64,000 nucleotides of DNA from NCBI GenBank assembly GCA_963755715.1, contig CAVWLW010000074.1, forward strand, positions 1 through 64,000. Direction: 5' to 3'. Position numbers and translations under genes: made by a program. This document shows, piece by piece, positions 20,160-31,014 of the stretch; the first letter of the stretch is position 1; each line of letters opens with the position of its first letter. This DNA is from an uncultured delta proteobacterium (GTDB taxonomy: Bacteria > Desulfobacterota > Binatia > UBA9968). A model generated the notes under the pieces. The model was given only the letters and a program-made list of their open reading frames with translations, was not told where the DNA came from and searched no databases.

Positions 20160-21356
20160 CTAGCTTTTTGCCGCCAGCGTCGGCTGCGGATTTTCCAGGC
20201 GTTCGATGATGACGTTTAAGAAGCGCGCGGCCTCCACCCCGTCGACCACCCGGTGGTCGAATACCAGCGAGAGCGGCATGATCTTGTGAATCGCAATCCC
20301 GCCGTCGTCAACGACAGGTCGGTCTTGTATGCGACCGATTCCCAAGATGCCCACTTCCGGATAGTTGATGATCGGCGTGCCATAGGTCGCGCCGATCACT
20401 CCGTAGTTGGTGATCGTAAACGTGCTGCCGCGAAGCTCGGAAAGATCCAATCTTCGCGTGCGCGCCTTTTCCGCCAGGGTGCTGATCTCCTGCGCCAGAT
20501 CGAGGAGGCTTTTTTGGTCGGCGCGCTTGATGGCGAATACTATGAGGCCATCGGCGGTGTCGACCGCGATGCCGACGTTGTAAAATTTTTTGAGCAAGAT
20601 TTCCTCGCCCTCGTCGTCGAGCGTGGCGTTGAGGTAGGGATGAGCCTTCAGCGCGTCGAGCGTGGCTTGGATGACATAGGGTAGGTAAGTGAGCTTGATT
20701 CCCTCTTGCGCAGCGATTTCTTTTTCTTTTGACCGGATGCGATCCAAGTCGGCGATGTCCGCGTCCTCCCAAATCGTAACGTCGGAGACGCGCTGACGGG
20801 CCGCGTGCATGCGCTTGGCGATGGTGCGGCGCAGGCCGCGTAGAGGGACTCTCTCGATGGGGCCGGAAGCGTCGGCGTCGTAAACCGTTTCAGGAGGTAG
20901 GTTCTGGACCGCGCGTTCGACATCTTCGCGGGTAATTTTCCCTTCGCTGCCGGTGCCGTGAATCTTAGTGAGGTCGACGCCGAGTTTTTTGGCGAGGGCA
21001 CGCACCGCCGGTATCGCTTTCACCGGCGTCGGCAGCTCGATCATTTCCTCGTCGCCGAGGGAACCGACGACCGTGCCGCGATCGGTTTGTGGCGCCCGGG
21101 TTTCGGATTGGCCGGCTTCGTCGGTCTCGATCGTCACCAGGATCTCGCCGACCTTCGTGAGATCGCCTTCCTTGTGGTGTAGTTTGACGATCTTTCCGGC
21201 GTGCGGCGAGGGCAGAGCAACGATCGCCTTGTCGGTTTCGATCTCGACGATATCCTGATCTTCAGTGACCGTGGAGCCTTCGGCGATCAACCACCGGACG
21301 ATTTCCGCTTCGCTGATGCCTTCGCCGACATCGGGTAAGTGAAATTCCTTGATCAT
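20160..21356 (-). CDS. pdhC: 2-oxoacid dehydrogenase E2 (dihydrolipoamide acyltransferase)
   Basis: Lipoyl ETDKA, E3-binding PAVR.LA..LGVDL, catalytic DHRVVDG. Confidence 0.92.
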   Translation of the reverse strand: MIKEFHLPDVGEGISEAEIVRWLIAEGSTVTEDQDIVEIETDKAIVALPSPHAGKIVKLHHKEGDLTKVGEILVTIETDEAGQSETRAPQTDRGTVVGSLGDEEMIELPTPVKAIPAVRALAKKLGVDLTKIHGTGSEGKITREDVERAVQNLPPETVYDADASGPIERVPLRGLRRTIAKRMHAARQRVSDVTIWEDADIADLDRIRSKEKEIAAQEGIKLTYLPYVIQATLDALKAHPYLNATLDDEGEEILLKKFYNVGIAVDTADGLIVFAIKRADQKSLLDLAQEISTLAEKARTRRLDLSELRGSTFTITNYGVIGATYGTPIINYPEVGILGIGRIQDRPVVDDGGIAIHKIMPLSLVFDHRVVDGVEAARFLNVIIERLENPQPTLAAKS

Positions 21357-21378
21357 GGCTGTCTACTGACGCCGGCGG

Positions 21379-22356
21379 TCAGGCGCTCATAACGCGATCG
21401 ATGGCGTCGGCGACCCTGCGGGCGTCGGGCAAAAAGCGCTGCTCTAGCTTGGGCAGCGGCATGACTACGTCGAAACCCGTCACCCGTTCGACGGGCGCTT
21501 CCAAATCAAGCAATGCTTTTTCGTTGATTCGGGCGGCGATCTCGGCGGCGACCCCACAACTGCGCTGAGCTTCATGCACGATCACGGCTCGGTTGGTTTT
21601 TTTCACCGACTCGATAATCGCATCGGTGTCGAGCGGAGAGAGGGTGCGCAGGTCCAGCACTTCGCAGCTCACGCCGCGATCGGCCATCAGTCGCGCGCCT
21701 TCCAGCGCCACGTGAAGCATGGCGCCCCACGCGATCAAGGTGACGTTCCTCCCTTCCATAACGACGCGCGCTTCGCCGAGCGGTATCGTATACTCTTCTT
21801 CCGGCACTTCTTCGCGCAGGGAACGGTAGATTTTTTTGGGCTCCATGAAAATCACCGGATCGGGATCGCGAATCGCCGCGAGCAACAACCCCTTCGCTTC
21901 GTAGGGGGTCGACGGCACGACGACTTTCAAACCCGGGGTGTGGACGAAATAAGCTTCGTTGCTTTCCGAATGATGTTCGGGCGCATGGATTCCGCCACCG
22001 TAAGGAATGCGGACCACCAATGGACATTGATACCGGCCCCGCGATCGATTTCTGATGCGCGAGGCGTGGGCGACCAATTGCTCCATGGCGCCGAACGCAA
22101 ATCCTTCGAACTGCAACTCGGCGATGGGCCGCAAACCGTAGACGGCGAGCCCGATGGATGCGCCGATGATCGCGGATTCGGAGAGCGGCGTATCGACGAC
22201 GCGATTTTCGCCGAACAGGTCCAATAAGCCCTGCGTGGCCCTGAAAACCCCGCCGTTTTTTCCGACGTCCTCTCCCAGAACCAGCACTCGGTCATCGCTT
22301 GCCATCGCTTGCTTGAGCGCCAGGTTGATCGCCTCGACGACGGTGAGCTTGGCCAT
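21379..22356 (-). CDS. pdhB: 2-oxoacid dehydrogenase E1 beta (pyruvate or branched-chain)
   Basis: GEDVG..GGVFRAT, DTPLSE, EHHSES, DLRTLSPLD. Confidence 0.92.
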   Translation of the reverse strand: MAKLTVVEAINLALKQAMASDDRVLVLGEDVGKNGGVFRATQGLLDLFGENRVVDTPLSESAIIGASIGLAVYGLRPIAELQFEGFAFGAMEQLVAHASRIRNRSRGRYQCPLVVRIPYGGGIHAPEHHSESNEAYFVHTPGLKVVVPSTPYEAKGLLLAAIRDPDPVIFMEPKKIYRSLREEVPEEEYTIPLGEARVVMEGRNVTLIAWGAMLHVALEGARLMADRGVSCEVLDLRTLSPLDTDAIIESVKKTNRAVIVHEAQRSCGVAAEIAARINEKALLDLEAPVERVTGFDVVMPLPKLEQRFLPDARRVADAIDRVMSA

Positions 22357-22378
22357 CTTTGCCTCCGCGGATGTTCGT

Positions 22379-23458
22379 TTAGTGAGACCGTCCGTTGCCG
22401 TTTAATAACGTTTCCATTTGTTCGCGCAGCTCCTCGGTCATTTCCTGGAAAATGAAGCGAAACATATCTTTCGGTTGCGGCGGCGCGATGGCTTGCAGCT
22501 CTTCAACCGCGGCTTCGACTCGAGCGCGCGCGTTCGCCGTCGTTTGCTGTCCATAGGCTTCGTCCCACAGACCCTGAGAAATCATATAGCGGATCAAGCG
22601 GTCGATCGGGTCTTTCTTTTTCCACTGCTCGACCGTCTCTTTGCTGCGGTAGCGTGACGCGTCATCGGCCGTGGTATGATCGCCGATCCGGTAGGTGACC
22701 GCCTCGATAAACGTCGGACCGCCCCCGGCGCGCGCGCGCGCCAGCGCCTCATGGGTGGCCTTGTACACTGCAAAGGCATCGTTGCCGTCGACTTGAATGC
22801 CGGGAAAACCGTAAGCGATGGCTTTTTGCGCCAGTGTTTGCGCGGCGGTTTGACGCGTCAAAGGAACCGAGATCGCCCACTGATTGTTCTGGCAGAAAAA
22901 GACCACCGGCAGCGAGAAAACGCCGGCGAGATTGAGGCCTTCGTGGAAATCTCCCTTTGACGTGGCGCCGTCACCGAGATAAACGAGCACCGCGATCTTA
23001 TCTCCTCTCAGTTTCGCGCCCCACGCGGCGCCTGCGCCAATCGGAATCTGCGTTCCCACCGGGATCGTGATGGGAAAGTCGTTTTGTCCTTCGGGAATGT
23101 TGCTGCCGCGCTCATCGCCCGCCCAGTACTGTAAGATCATGCGCGGTGGTAACCCTCTGACAAAGGATGCGCCGGGCTCACGAAAAGACGGAAACATCCA
23201 ATCCCCAGGCTCAAGGGCAAAGGCGCTCGCGACCTGCGCGGCCTCTTGGCCGAGAATAGAGGCGTAAGTGCCGAGCCGTCCTTCGCGCTGCAGCTTGAAA
23301 GCTTTCTCGTCAAAGGTACGGGCGAAAACCAACTCTTCGTAGAGCTTTTTGATTTGCTGGTCGGTGAGGGAAGGGCGGAGAGACTGATCGCAGTTGCCAT
23401 GCTCGTCTAGAATCTGGAGCCATTCGATCCTGAAGTCCTTAGCGATCGTCCTAGGCAT
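22379..23458 (-). CDS. pdhA: 2-oxoacid dehydrogenase E1 alpha (pyruvate or branched-chain)
   Basis: GQEA, TPP motif GDGATS..DFHE...NN.WAIS, HTTADD..RYR. Confidence 0.92.
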   Translation of the reverse strand: MPRTIAKDFRIEWLQILDEHGNCDQSLRPSLTDQQIKKLYEELVFARTFDEKAFKLQREGRLGTYASILGQEAAQVASAFALEPGDWMFPSFREPGASFVRGLPPRMILQYWAGDERGSNIPEGQNDFPITIPVGTQIPIGAGAAWGAKLRGDKIAVLVYLGDGATSKGDFHEGLNLAGVFSLPVVFFCQNNQWAISVPLTRQTAAQTLAQKAIAYGFPGIQVDGNDAFAVYKATHEALARARAGGGPTFIEAVTYRIGDHTTADDASRYRSKETVEQWKKKDPIDRLIRYMISQGLWDEAYGQQTTANARARVEAAVEELQAIAPPQPKDMFRFIFQEMTEELREQMETLLNGNGRSH

Positions 23459-23920
23459 GATGGATCCTTTCTGCTGGCTTCGCTCTGCTTACATCATGAA
23501 CCTAGTATACCATTCCAAATCCAAAAGGTGAATGTGTAATTCTCATGCCGCTCGATCGGCTAGTTCCGTTTGGATCCGACGGCTTCGTTCGAAGTCTATG
23601 CCCATTCGCTGGCAGCCCTGAGTTGAAATTATCTCTTCCGGCATTCGGTTTTTCTGCTACACTATAATGGAGGAGCAAGCCGCAACGGTTAACGAGGAGG
23701 GGGCTCGGCGTGACGGTTCGACAGTACCGAGAAGCTCCGAATCTCCGGTCAACTCATCCGCTCCGCAAGAACACAAGTTGCGGATGCCACGGCAATCCTG
23801 TTGTTCACTCTCTCGCTCCGTGCAGCGCTCTGACGCAGGGTGCCGGTAAAATTGCTCCGTTTTTGATCTCCATCGCCGGGATGTTTCAAATTCCTTGCTT
23901 TCAGGTGGAGCGAAAATCCC

Positions 23921-24000
23921 TCCTGCCCGCGCACGCGGGCATCCAGTGGGGTGGTGGGGCATACGCACAAAGCCTGGATTCCCGCTTTCGCGGGAAGGAC
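23921..24000. repeat. REP-like inverted pair
   Basis: CCTGCCCGCGCACGCGGGCATCCAG ... CTGGATTCCCGCTTTCGCGGGAAGG. Confidence 0.7.
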
Positions 24001-24160
24001 GGAAAGACAAGCCGATCTCTCTTCAACACTGCCAGAATCCCTCGGATTCGAGCCGAGGGTCGTTCAAATGCCGATACGATATCTTGCCGATCCCAGTTAG
24101 AAAATTTCTATAGCATCCCGACGATGTCCTTGGCGCCTTGCGCCAAAAGCGGAGGTCTCC

Positions 24161-25339
24161 ATGCAGCGCGCCGTCATCGTTAGCGCTTGCCGCACGCCGA
24201 TCGGTAGTTTTCAGGGGAAATTATGCCGCCTATCGGCCACGCAGTTGGGCAGCGTGGTGATCAAAGAAGCGTTGGACAGAACGCGTCTGGTGGCCGATCA
24301 GGTCGACGAAGTCATCATGGGAAACGTGCTGTCAGCGGGCCTGGGGCAAGCGCCCGCGCGTCAAGCCGCCTTGGGAGCGGGCCTTCGTTACGATGTGACG
24401 TGCACGACAGTAAATAAAGTTTGCGGCTCGGGCTTGAAGGCGGTCATGTTGGCTGCGCAGGCCATCATGACCGGCGACGCCGAAGTGGTCGTTGCCGGTG
24501 GCATGGAAAGCATGAGCAATGCGCCGTACTTGCTCATGAAGGCGCGCACCGGTTATCGACTGGGATCGGGTGAGCTGGTCGACAGCATGATTCACGATGG
24601 CCTGTGGGACGTCTACAACCAATTTCACATGGGCGCCGCCGGGGAAATTTGCGCGCGGATGCTCAAGATCAGCAGAGCGGAGCAAGACGATTTTGCTCTC
24701 CTGAGTTACGAGCGCGCGCGCAAAGCACAGATGAACGGGCAATTCGCGCGCGAGATCGTCGCCGTGAAGCCGCAACAGGGAGGGCCGGAAGATTTTCCTA
24801 TGTTGGCAGAGGACGAAGAGCCCAAGCGGGTCGATGTGTTGAAGTTGCCAAGCTTAAAGCCGTCCTTTGAAAAACACGGCACGATCACGGCGGGCAACGC
24901 ATCTTCGATCAGCGACGGCGCGGCCGCGGTGGTGGTGATGGCCGAGGACCGCGCCTACGCTTTGGGGCTTAAGCCGCTCGCGCGCATCGCCGGTTATACC
25001 ACTTACGGCACCGAGCCGGCTTGGTTTACAACCGCGCCGGCCAAAGCGATTGCCGCACTGCTGCAGCGAACCGATCGCAGCGTGGCATCCGTTGATCTAT
25101 TCGAGATCAATGAGGCCTTCGCAGTGTGCTCAGTTGCGGTGAATCGAGAACTCGAGCTGGATCTCGACAAAGTCAATATCCGAGGAGGCGCTGTGGCGCT
25201 GGGACATCCCATCGGCGCCAGCGGCGCGCGGATTCTCACGACGCTGCTTTATGCTCTCGAAGATTTGAGTCTAAAGCGTGGGGTTGCAAGCCTGTGCATC
25301 GGTGGTGGCGAAGCGGTGGCGCTAATGGTGGAGCGGTAA
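24161..25339 (+). CDS. atoB: Acetyl-CoA C-acetyltransferase (canonical thiolase)
   Basis: KVCGSG, NEAF, GHPIGASG, CIGGG; GGAGG RBS. Confidence 0.92.
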   Translation: MQRAVIVSACRTPIGSFQGKLCRLSATQLGSVVIKEALDRTRLVADQVDEVIMGNVLSAGLGQAPARQAALGAGLRYDVTCTTVNKVCGSGLKAVMLAAQAIMTGDAEVVVAGGMESMSNAPYLLMKARTGYRLGSGELVDSMIHDGLWDVYNQFHMGAAGEICARMLKISRAEQDDFALLSYERARKAQMNGQFAREIVAVKPQQGGPEDFPMLAEDEEPKRVDVLKLPSLKPSFEKHGTITAGNASSISDGAAAVVVMAEDRAYALGLKPLARIAGYTTYGTEPAWFTTAPAKAIAALLQRTDRSVASVDLFEINEAFAVCSVAVNRELELDLDKVNIRGGAVALGHPIGASGARILTTLLYALEDLSLKRGVASLCIGGGEAVALMVER

Positions 25340-25412
25340 AAATAGTCTCGCGTTTCGAGTTTCGGGTTATTCGAAACTCTAAACCCGAGACCTGGGAGCT
25401 GGAATTCTTTCA

Positions 25413-26591
25413 ATGGACTTCGAGTTGACAGAAGAACACCGCATGGTTCAAGAGATGACGCGCAGTTTCGCCGAGCGCGAGATCAAACCCGTCGCCTCGC
25501 GCATGGATCACGACGGCATTTATCCGGCGGAGTTGGTGAAAGAGCTCGGCCGGATCGGGTTGATGGGCGTGTTTGCGCCGCAGGAGTACGGCGGCGCGGG
25601 ACTCGATTTTGTCTCCTACATTATCGCGTTGGAAGAAATCTCTAAAGTTTGGGCCTCCCTCGGCACCATCATGAGCGTGAACAATTCCTTGGTGTGCGGC
25701 CCGCTCCTGCGCTACGGCAGCGAAGCGCAGATCAAGCGATATCTGCCCTTAGTTGCCGGCGGAGAGTGGACCGGCTGTTACGCATTGACCGAACCAACGT
25801 CCGGTTCCGACGCCGGTTCCATCCAAACCCAGGCCAAGCGTGTGTCGGACGGTTATCTCCTCAACGGCGCCAAAGTTTTTACCACCAACGGCAGCTGCGC
25901 CGAGCTCGCGATCGTCTACGCAGTCACCGATCCGAACCGAGGGAAGCAAGGCATTTCGGCTTTTTTGGTCGAGCGGCGATCGCCGGGATTTATCGTCGGC
26001 AGGATTGAAGACAAGCTCGGTTTGCGCGCTTCGGAAACCGCCCAGCTGATCTTTGAAAATTGCCATATCAGCGAGGAAAATTTGCTGGGCCGAGAGGGCG
26101 AGGGATTCAACATCGCGCTCGAAACTCTTGATAGCGGCCGGATCGGGATTGCCGCTCAAGCGACCGGCATCGCCCAAGGCTGCCTCGATCAGGCGCTCGA
26201 CTATAGCCGCGAGCGCCGGCAGTTCGGTCAAGCGATCGCCAATTTTCAAGCGGTTCAGGCGATGCTTGCCGACATGGCGACGGAGATCGATTGCGCGCGG
26301 CTGCTCACCTATCGCGCCGCCTGGCTCCATCAACAGCGGAGAAAAGTGACGGCCGCAGCGGCCATGGCAAAATTGTTTGCGTCCGAAGCTTGCAATCGCG
26401 CCGCCTATAAAGCGGTGCAGATCCACGGCGGCTACGGTTACATTAAGGATTTTGCCGTCGAGCGTTTTTTTCGCGACGCGCGGGTTACGACGCTTTACGA
26501 AGGAACGTCGGAGATTCAGCGCCTGGTCATCGCGCGCCAACTGGTTCAGGAAGGAGCGGGTCCCGATGGATCTCGCCAAGAAAGTTTTTAA
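25413..26591 (+). CDS. Short/branched-chain acyl-CoA dehydrogenase
   Basis: ALTEP.SGSDA, K.FTTNG, KLGLRASET, R.QFG, GGYGY, YEGTSEIQ. Confidence 0.93.
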   Translation: MDFELTEEHRMVQEMTRSFAEREIKPVASRMDHDGIYPAELVKELGRIGLMGVFAPQEYGGAGLDFVSYIIALEEISKVWASLGTIMSVNNSLVCGPLLRYGSEAQIKRYLPLVAGGEWTGCYALTEPTSGSDAGSIQTQAKRVSDGYLLNGAKVFTTNGSCAELAIVYAVTDPNRGKQGISAFLVERRSPGFIVGRIEDKLGLRASETAQLIFENCHISEENLLGREGEGFNIALETLDSGRIGIAAQATGIAQGCLDQALDYSRERRQFGQAIANFQAVQAMLADMATEIDCARLLTYRAAWLHQQRRKVTAAAAMAKLFASEACNRAAYKAVQIHGGYGYIKDFAVERFFRDARVTTLYEGTSEIQRLVIARQLVQEGAGPDGSRQESF

Positions 26592-28161
26592 GAATCTGTC
26601 GGGCATCGAAATCCAAGAGATCTACACGCCCGATGATCTCAAGGACCTCGATTACGAGCGCGATTTAAATCGTCCGGGCGAGTTTCCCTTTACGCGCGGC
26701 GTCTATCCGACCATGTACCGCGGCAAACTTTGGACGATGCGCCAGTTCGCCGGATTTGCCGGCGCCAAAGAAACCAACCGGCGCTACCGTTATCTTCTCG
26801 ACCAAGGGACGACCGGTCTATCGGTCGCCTTCGATATGCCTACGCTCATGGGCTACGACTCCGATCATCCGCGCGCCAGAGGGGAAGTGGGCCGGTGCGG
26901 CGTCGCCATCGATTCGGTGGCCGACATGGAAACGCTCTTTCGCGACATTCCCTTGGATCGAGTCAGCGTATCGATGACCATCAACGGCCCGGCGATCGTG
27001 TTATTTGCGATGTATCTCGTCGTCGCCGAGCGGCAGGGCGTGCGCTTTAAGAAACTGCGCGGCACTTTGCAAAATGACATCTTGAAAGAATACATCGCGC
27101 AGAAGGAATGGATCTCGCCGCCGGCGCCGTCGCTCAAGCTGATCAATGACATCGTGAGCTTTTCACTGGAGTCGGCGCCGCTCTATCATCCGATCAGCAT
27201 CAGCGGCTACCATATCCGCGAGGCCGGATCGAGCGCGGTGCAGGAGCTCGCGTTCACGCTTTACGACGGACTGACTTACGTCCAATCCGCCATCGAGTCG
27301 GGGTTGCGCATGGACGACTTTGCGCCGCGCCTGTCTTTTTTCTTTAACGCGCACAACGATTTTTTCGAAGAGATCGCGAAATATCGCGCGGCCCGCCGGC
27401 TTTGGGCGCGGGAGATGAAAAATCGCTTCGCGGCCAAGGATCCGGCCGCGCTGGCGCTCCGGTTTCACGCCCAGACCGCTGGCTGCGCGCTCACCGCCCA
27501 ACAGCCCTATAACAATGTAGTTCGCGTCGCGCTCCAAGCACTAGCCGGGATTCTCGGCGGAGCGCAGTCGCTGCACACGAATTCCCTCGATGAGACCCTG
27601 GCCCTGCCGACCGAAGAGGCGGTGAAGCTCGCCTTGCGAACGCAACAGATCATCGCCCATGAATCGGGCGTGACCCATACGATCGATCCATTGGGCGGCG
27701 CCTATTACGTCGAGTGGTTGACCAACCGCCTTGAGAGCGAAGCGCTCGGCTATTTTACCAAACTCGATGAAATGGGCGGCATGATTCGGGCTATCGAGCT
27801 CGGTTATCCGCAAAGTGAAATCCAGCGTGAGGCGCTGTCGTATCAAAAAGAGATCGACTCAGGTGAGCGCTTTATCGTCGGCGTCAATGCGTTCACCGAG
27901 CCCGAGCGGGCACCGGTCAAAACTCTCAGGATCAGCCAGGGAGTGGAGCGCCGCCAGATTCAAGAGCTGCGGAACAGAAAAAGACAGCGCAGCGAAAGGC
28001 GGCTACGCTCCGCCTTGAACCGGCTCGAACGGGTCGCCGAGGAACAAGGCGATCTGATGGCGCCGGTCATGAATGCCGTTAGATCCGAGGCGACGGTGGG
28101 TGAGATCTGCGATGTGTTTAGAAAAGTCTACGGCGAATATCGCGAAACTGGAACGATTTGA
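26566..28161 (+). CDS. icmA: B12-dependent acyl-CoA mutase large subunit, isobutyryl-CoA mutase type
   Basis: WTMRQFAGF (F at MCM Y89) and QNDILKEYIAQKEW (Q at MCM R207); start MDLAKK after AAGGAG. Confidence 0.85.
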   Translation: MDLAKKVFKNLSGIEIQEIYTPDDLKDLDYERDLNRPGEFPFTRGVYPTMYRGKLWTMRQFAGFAGAKETNRRYRYLLDQGTTGLSVAFDMPTLMGYDSDHPRARGEVGRCGVAIDSVADMETLFRDIPLDRVSVSMTINGPAIVLFAMYLVVAERQGVRFKKLRGTLQNDILKEYIAQKEWISPPAPSLKLINDIVSFSLESAPLYHPISISGYHIREAGSSAVQELAFTLYDGLTYVQSAIESGLRMDDFAPRLSFFFNAHNDFFEEIAKYRAARRLWAREMKNRFAAKDPAALALRFHAQTAGCALTAQQPYNNVVRVALQALAGILGGAQSLHTNSLDETLALPTEEAVKLALRTQQIIAHESGVTHTIDPLGGAYYVEWLTNRLESEALGYFTKLDEMGGMIRAIELGYPQSEIQREALSYQKEIDSGERFIVGVNAFTEPERAPVKTLRISQGVERRQIQELRNRKRQRSERRLRSALNRLERVAEEQGDLMAPVMNAVRSEATVGEICDVFRKVYGEYRETGTI

Positions 28162-28172
28162 AAATTAGAATG

Positions 28173-28270
28173 TCGGAGTAAGGGAGTGATGAAGTCAAGG
28201 GTTGCGGAATTTGGAAGGTTGGGCTGGGCGGGCCGGCTCAGCACTCCGCTACTCCATTACTCCACTCCGA
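28173..28270. repeat. GGAGT/ACTCC-type imperfect palindromic repeat
   Basis: TCGGAGTAAGGGAGTGATG ... CACTCCGCTACTCCATTACTCCACTCCGA. Confidence 0.55.
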
Positions 28271-28282
28271 TAAATGATTCGC

Positions 28283-28726
28283 ATGAGATCCGCTAACCAT
28301 CACCTGCGTGTACTCCTCGGCAAAGTCGGTCTCGACGGCCACGATCGAGGCATAAAAATCGTCGCCCAGGCTCTCCGCGATGCCGGTGTCGAAGTGATTT
28401 ATCTCGGCATTCACAACAGCGCAGCGGAAATTGTCCGTTCGGCGGTTCAAGAAGACGTCGATGCCATCGGCATTTCGATTCATTCGGCGGCGCATCTTTC
28501 GCTTTTCAAAGACCTCGCCGAGGGACTGAAACACAACCGCGCCCGCGATATCGCCGTGTTTGCCGGGGGCATTGTCCCGGCCGAAGATTTTCCGAAGCTA
28601 AAAAAACTCGGCGTGAAAAAAATCTTTGGCCCGGGTGCTCCGCTCGGCGAGATCGTCGCGTTTGTAAAGACTTTTACAGGGCGGAGCCGCGCGAAGAATA
28701 CCGCGGCGAGGCGCCATGAACTTTGA
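28283..28726 (+). CDS. icmB: Acyl-CoA mutase small cobalamin-binding subunit
   Basis: GLDGHDRG (DxHxxG), FAGGIVP, IFGPG. Confidence 0.88.
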   Translation: MRSANHHLRVLLGKVGLDGHDRGIKIVAQALRDAGVEVIYLGIHNSAAEIVRSAVQEDVDAIGISIHSAAHLSLFKDLAEGLKHNRARDIAVFAGGIVPAEDFPKLKKLGVKKIFGPGAPLGEIVAFVKTFTGRSRAKNTAARRHEL

Positions 28727-29879
28727 TCTGAGCGAGCAGCATAAGCTGCTTAAGCAAACCATGCGCGAGTTCGCCGAACGCGAGATTGCGCCGGGGGCGC
28801 GGGAGCGCGATGAATCGGCGCGGTTTCCCCACGAACTTGTGCCGAAGATGGCCGAGCTGGGCCTCTTCGGCGTCATGGTTCCCGAGACGTATGGCGGCGC
28901 GGGTCTCGATGCGCTGAGCTTCGCGATCGTTATCGAAGAAATTGCCCGTGTCGATGCCGCCGTGGCCCTGATGTTGGCTTCGCACAATTCGCTCTGTGCT
29001 GGGCATATCCTCGGCTTCGGCAGCGAAGAACAGAAGCGGACTTATTTAATTTCGCTTGCAAGCGGCAGGCAGTTGGGTGCCTGGGCGCTCACCGAACCTG
29101 AGGCCGGCTCGGGAGCGAAGTTTCTTAAAAGCCGCGCCGTGCCGCAGGGCGGGGGTTGGGTGCTTAATGGCGAGAAAATCTTTATCACGCAGGGATCAGT
29201 GGCTGGCATTTACGTCGTGATGGCCGCCACCGAGCCTGGGTGCGGCGCCGACGGCATCTCGGCCTTCATTGTCGAGCGCGGGAGCAGCGGCCTCGCCGTT
29301 GGGCGCGTGGAAAATAAGCTGGGGGTGCGCGCCTCCGACACCGCTCAGCTTCGCTTCGAGAACGTCCGTGTGCCTGCGGAAAATCTTTTGGGCGAGTTAA
29401 ACTCGGGTTACCGAGATGCGCTGGCGGTCCTCGACGGCGGGCGTATCGGCATCGGCGCGCTGGCCGTCGGCATCGCGCGCGCAGCTTTGGAGCAGTCGCT
29501 TCACTACGCCAAACAGCGGCGCCAGTCCGGCCAAGCGCTCGTGGAATTCGAAGCGATTCAATGGAAGCTCGCCGACATGGCGACGGAAATCGACGGCGCG
29601 CGGCTGTTGGTGTACCGCGCCGCGGAGCTCAAGCAAAAAGGCTTGCCGTTCAAACGGATGGCGTCGCAGGCCAAGCTCTTTTCATCCGAGGTCGCCGCGC
29701 GGGCGACGACTCAGGCGATCCAAATCCATGGTGGCGCCGGCTACATGAAGGATTTGCCGGTCGAGCGCTATTTCCGCGACGCCAAACTTTGCGAGATCGG
29801 CGAGGGCACTTCGGAGATTCAGCGGCTGATTATCGCCAAAGAGCTGTTACGGCAAAACGATGGCCAAGGCGCGGCTTAA
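28716..29879 (+). CDS. Acyl-CoA dehydrogenase
   Basis: [33 protein letters not shown]. Confidence 0.92.
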   Translation: MNFDLSEQHKLLKQTMREFAEREIAPGARERDESARFPHELVPKMAELGLFGVMVPETYGGAGLDALSFAIVIEEIARVDAAVALMLASHNSLCAGHILGFGSEEQKRTYLISLASGRQLGAWALTEPEAGSGAKFLKSRAVPQGGGWVLNGEKIFITQGSVAGIYVVMAATEPGCGADGISAFIVERGSSGLAVGRVENKLGVRASDTAQLRFENVRVPAENLLGELNSGYRDALAVLDGGRIGIGALAVGIARAALEQSLHYAKQRRQSGQALVEFEAIQWKLADMATEIDGARLLVYRAAELKQKGLPFKRMASQAKLFSSEVAARATTQAIQIHGGAGYMKDLPVERYFRDAKLCEIGEGTSEIQRLIIAKELLRQNDGQGAA

Positions 29880-30825
29880 GAAAGCTCAAACGGCTCGGCT
29901 CGATATCAGCGACCTTTCCGCCGCGGTCTTGCGCGGCGATCACCGAGCGGCCGGCCGAGTGCTGACCTTGATCGACAATCAAGACCCGTTGGCCCGAGAA
30001 GTCCTCAAGCGTCTCTTTTTTCGCACCGGGCGCGCATGCGTCGTTGGCATCACCGGCGCCGCCGGATCGGGAAAGAGCACGCTCGTTAGCCGCATAGCCG
30101 AAGAGCTGCGCCGGCGAAAAAAGGAAGTTGGAATTCTGACCGTCGATCCGACCAGTCCGCTTAGCGGCGGCGCGCTTTTGGGCGACCGCATCCGCATGCG
30201 CGATCATTTTCTTGACGACGGCGTGTTTATCCGAAGCCTGGCGACAAGGGGAAGCTTGGGCGGCATTTCCAGCTCGGTTGTCGAGGCGGTGCAACTTCTC
30301 GATGCGCTGGGCAAAGAATACATATTGATCGAGACCATCGGCATCGGCCAGGACCAGATCGATATCGGTGGCGTCGCGCAAACCGTCCTGACGGTAATGA
30401 CCCCCGAGAGCGGCGACGAAGTGCAGGGGATCAAGGCGGGGGTGTTTGAGATTACCGATTTCTTGGTCATCAACAAAGCCGACCTGCCCGGCGCGCAAGA
30501 ACTGTTTCTCAAATTCAGCAGCGCCCCGCCCTTCGAGCACGTGCCGATCTTGAAAATTTCCGCGCTGCGCGGCGACGGCATCGCCGATCTCCTCGATCGA
30601 GTCGCCGTGCGTTGGGCCGACTTCGCGACCTCGACGAATCACAAGCAGAGACTGATGGAAATGTCGCGAAAGCAGCTGCTGGCGCTGCTTCGCGACGCGC
30701 TGATGGCCAGGGTGAGAAAAAAAATCAGCGAGGATCACATTGAAAACTGGATGAGGCGGATCGCCGAGCGGCGCCAGGATCCTTACAGCGCGGTGCAGGC
30801 GATTTTGGCGAAGATCGGCCTCTAA
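29860..30825 (+). CDS. meaB: Mutase-associated GTPase chaperone MeaB/ArgK
   Basis: [39 protein letters not shown]. Confidence 0.93.
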   Translation: MAKARLKKAQTARLDISDLSAAVLRGDHRAAGRVLTLIDNQDPLAREVLKRLFFRTGRACVVGITGAAGSGKSTLVSRIAEELRRRKKEVGILTVDPTSPLSGGALLGDRIRMRDHFLDDGVFIRSLATRGSLGGISSSVVEAVQLLDALGKEYILIETIGIGQDQIDIGGVAQTVLTVMTPESGDEVQGIKAGVFEITDFLVINKADLPGAQELFLKFSSAPPFEHVPILKISALRGDGIADLLDRVAVRWADFATSTNHKQRLMEMSRKQLLALLRDALMARVRKKISEDHIENWMRRIAERRQDPYSAVQAILAKIGL

Positions 30826-31014
30826 ATTCATCGCCGGTCTGGCGAAGACAGACGTTTTTTCGATCGGAACTCTTGTCGCACGAGGGGCGATTCTCTTCGC
30901 CTGTCGATAACGGATGAGAGAGATGCTCACTCCGCTGGATTCTTTCGAAGTGAATGGCGAGCGGGGCTTCTTGCCCATATTTCTTGCCTCCTTGCTGAGT
31001 CGCCGAAAACGTTT

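Noticed and set aside
23460-24160. Cobalamin riboswitch or gene upstream of the mutase operon
   Set aside because: No B12-box seen; the ORFs here are REP-derived or lack recognisable motifs.
26377-26565. N-terminal extension of the mutase in the ORF track
   Set aside because: Overlaps the ACAD; the RBS-supported start is at 26566.
26566-28161. Methylmalonyl-CoA mutase call
   Set aside because: Lacks the Y89/R207 equivalents; has F/Q.
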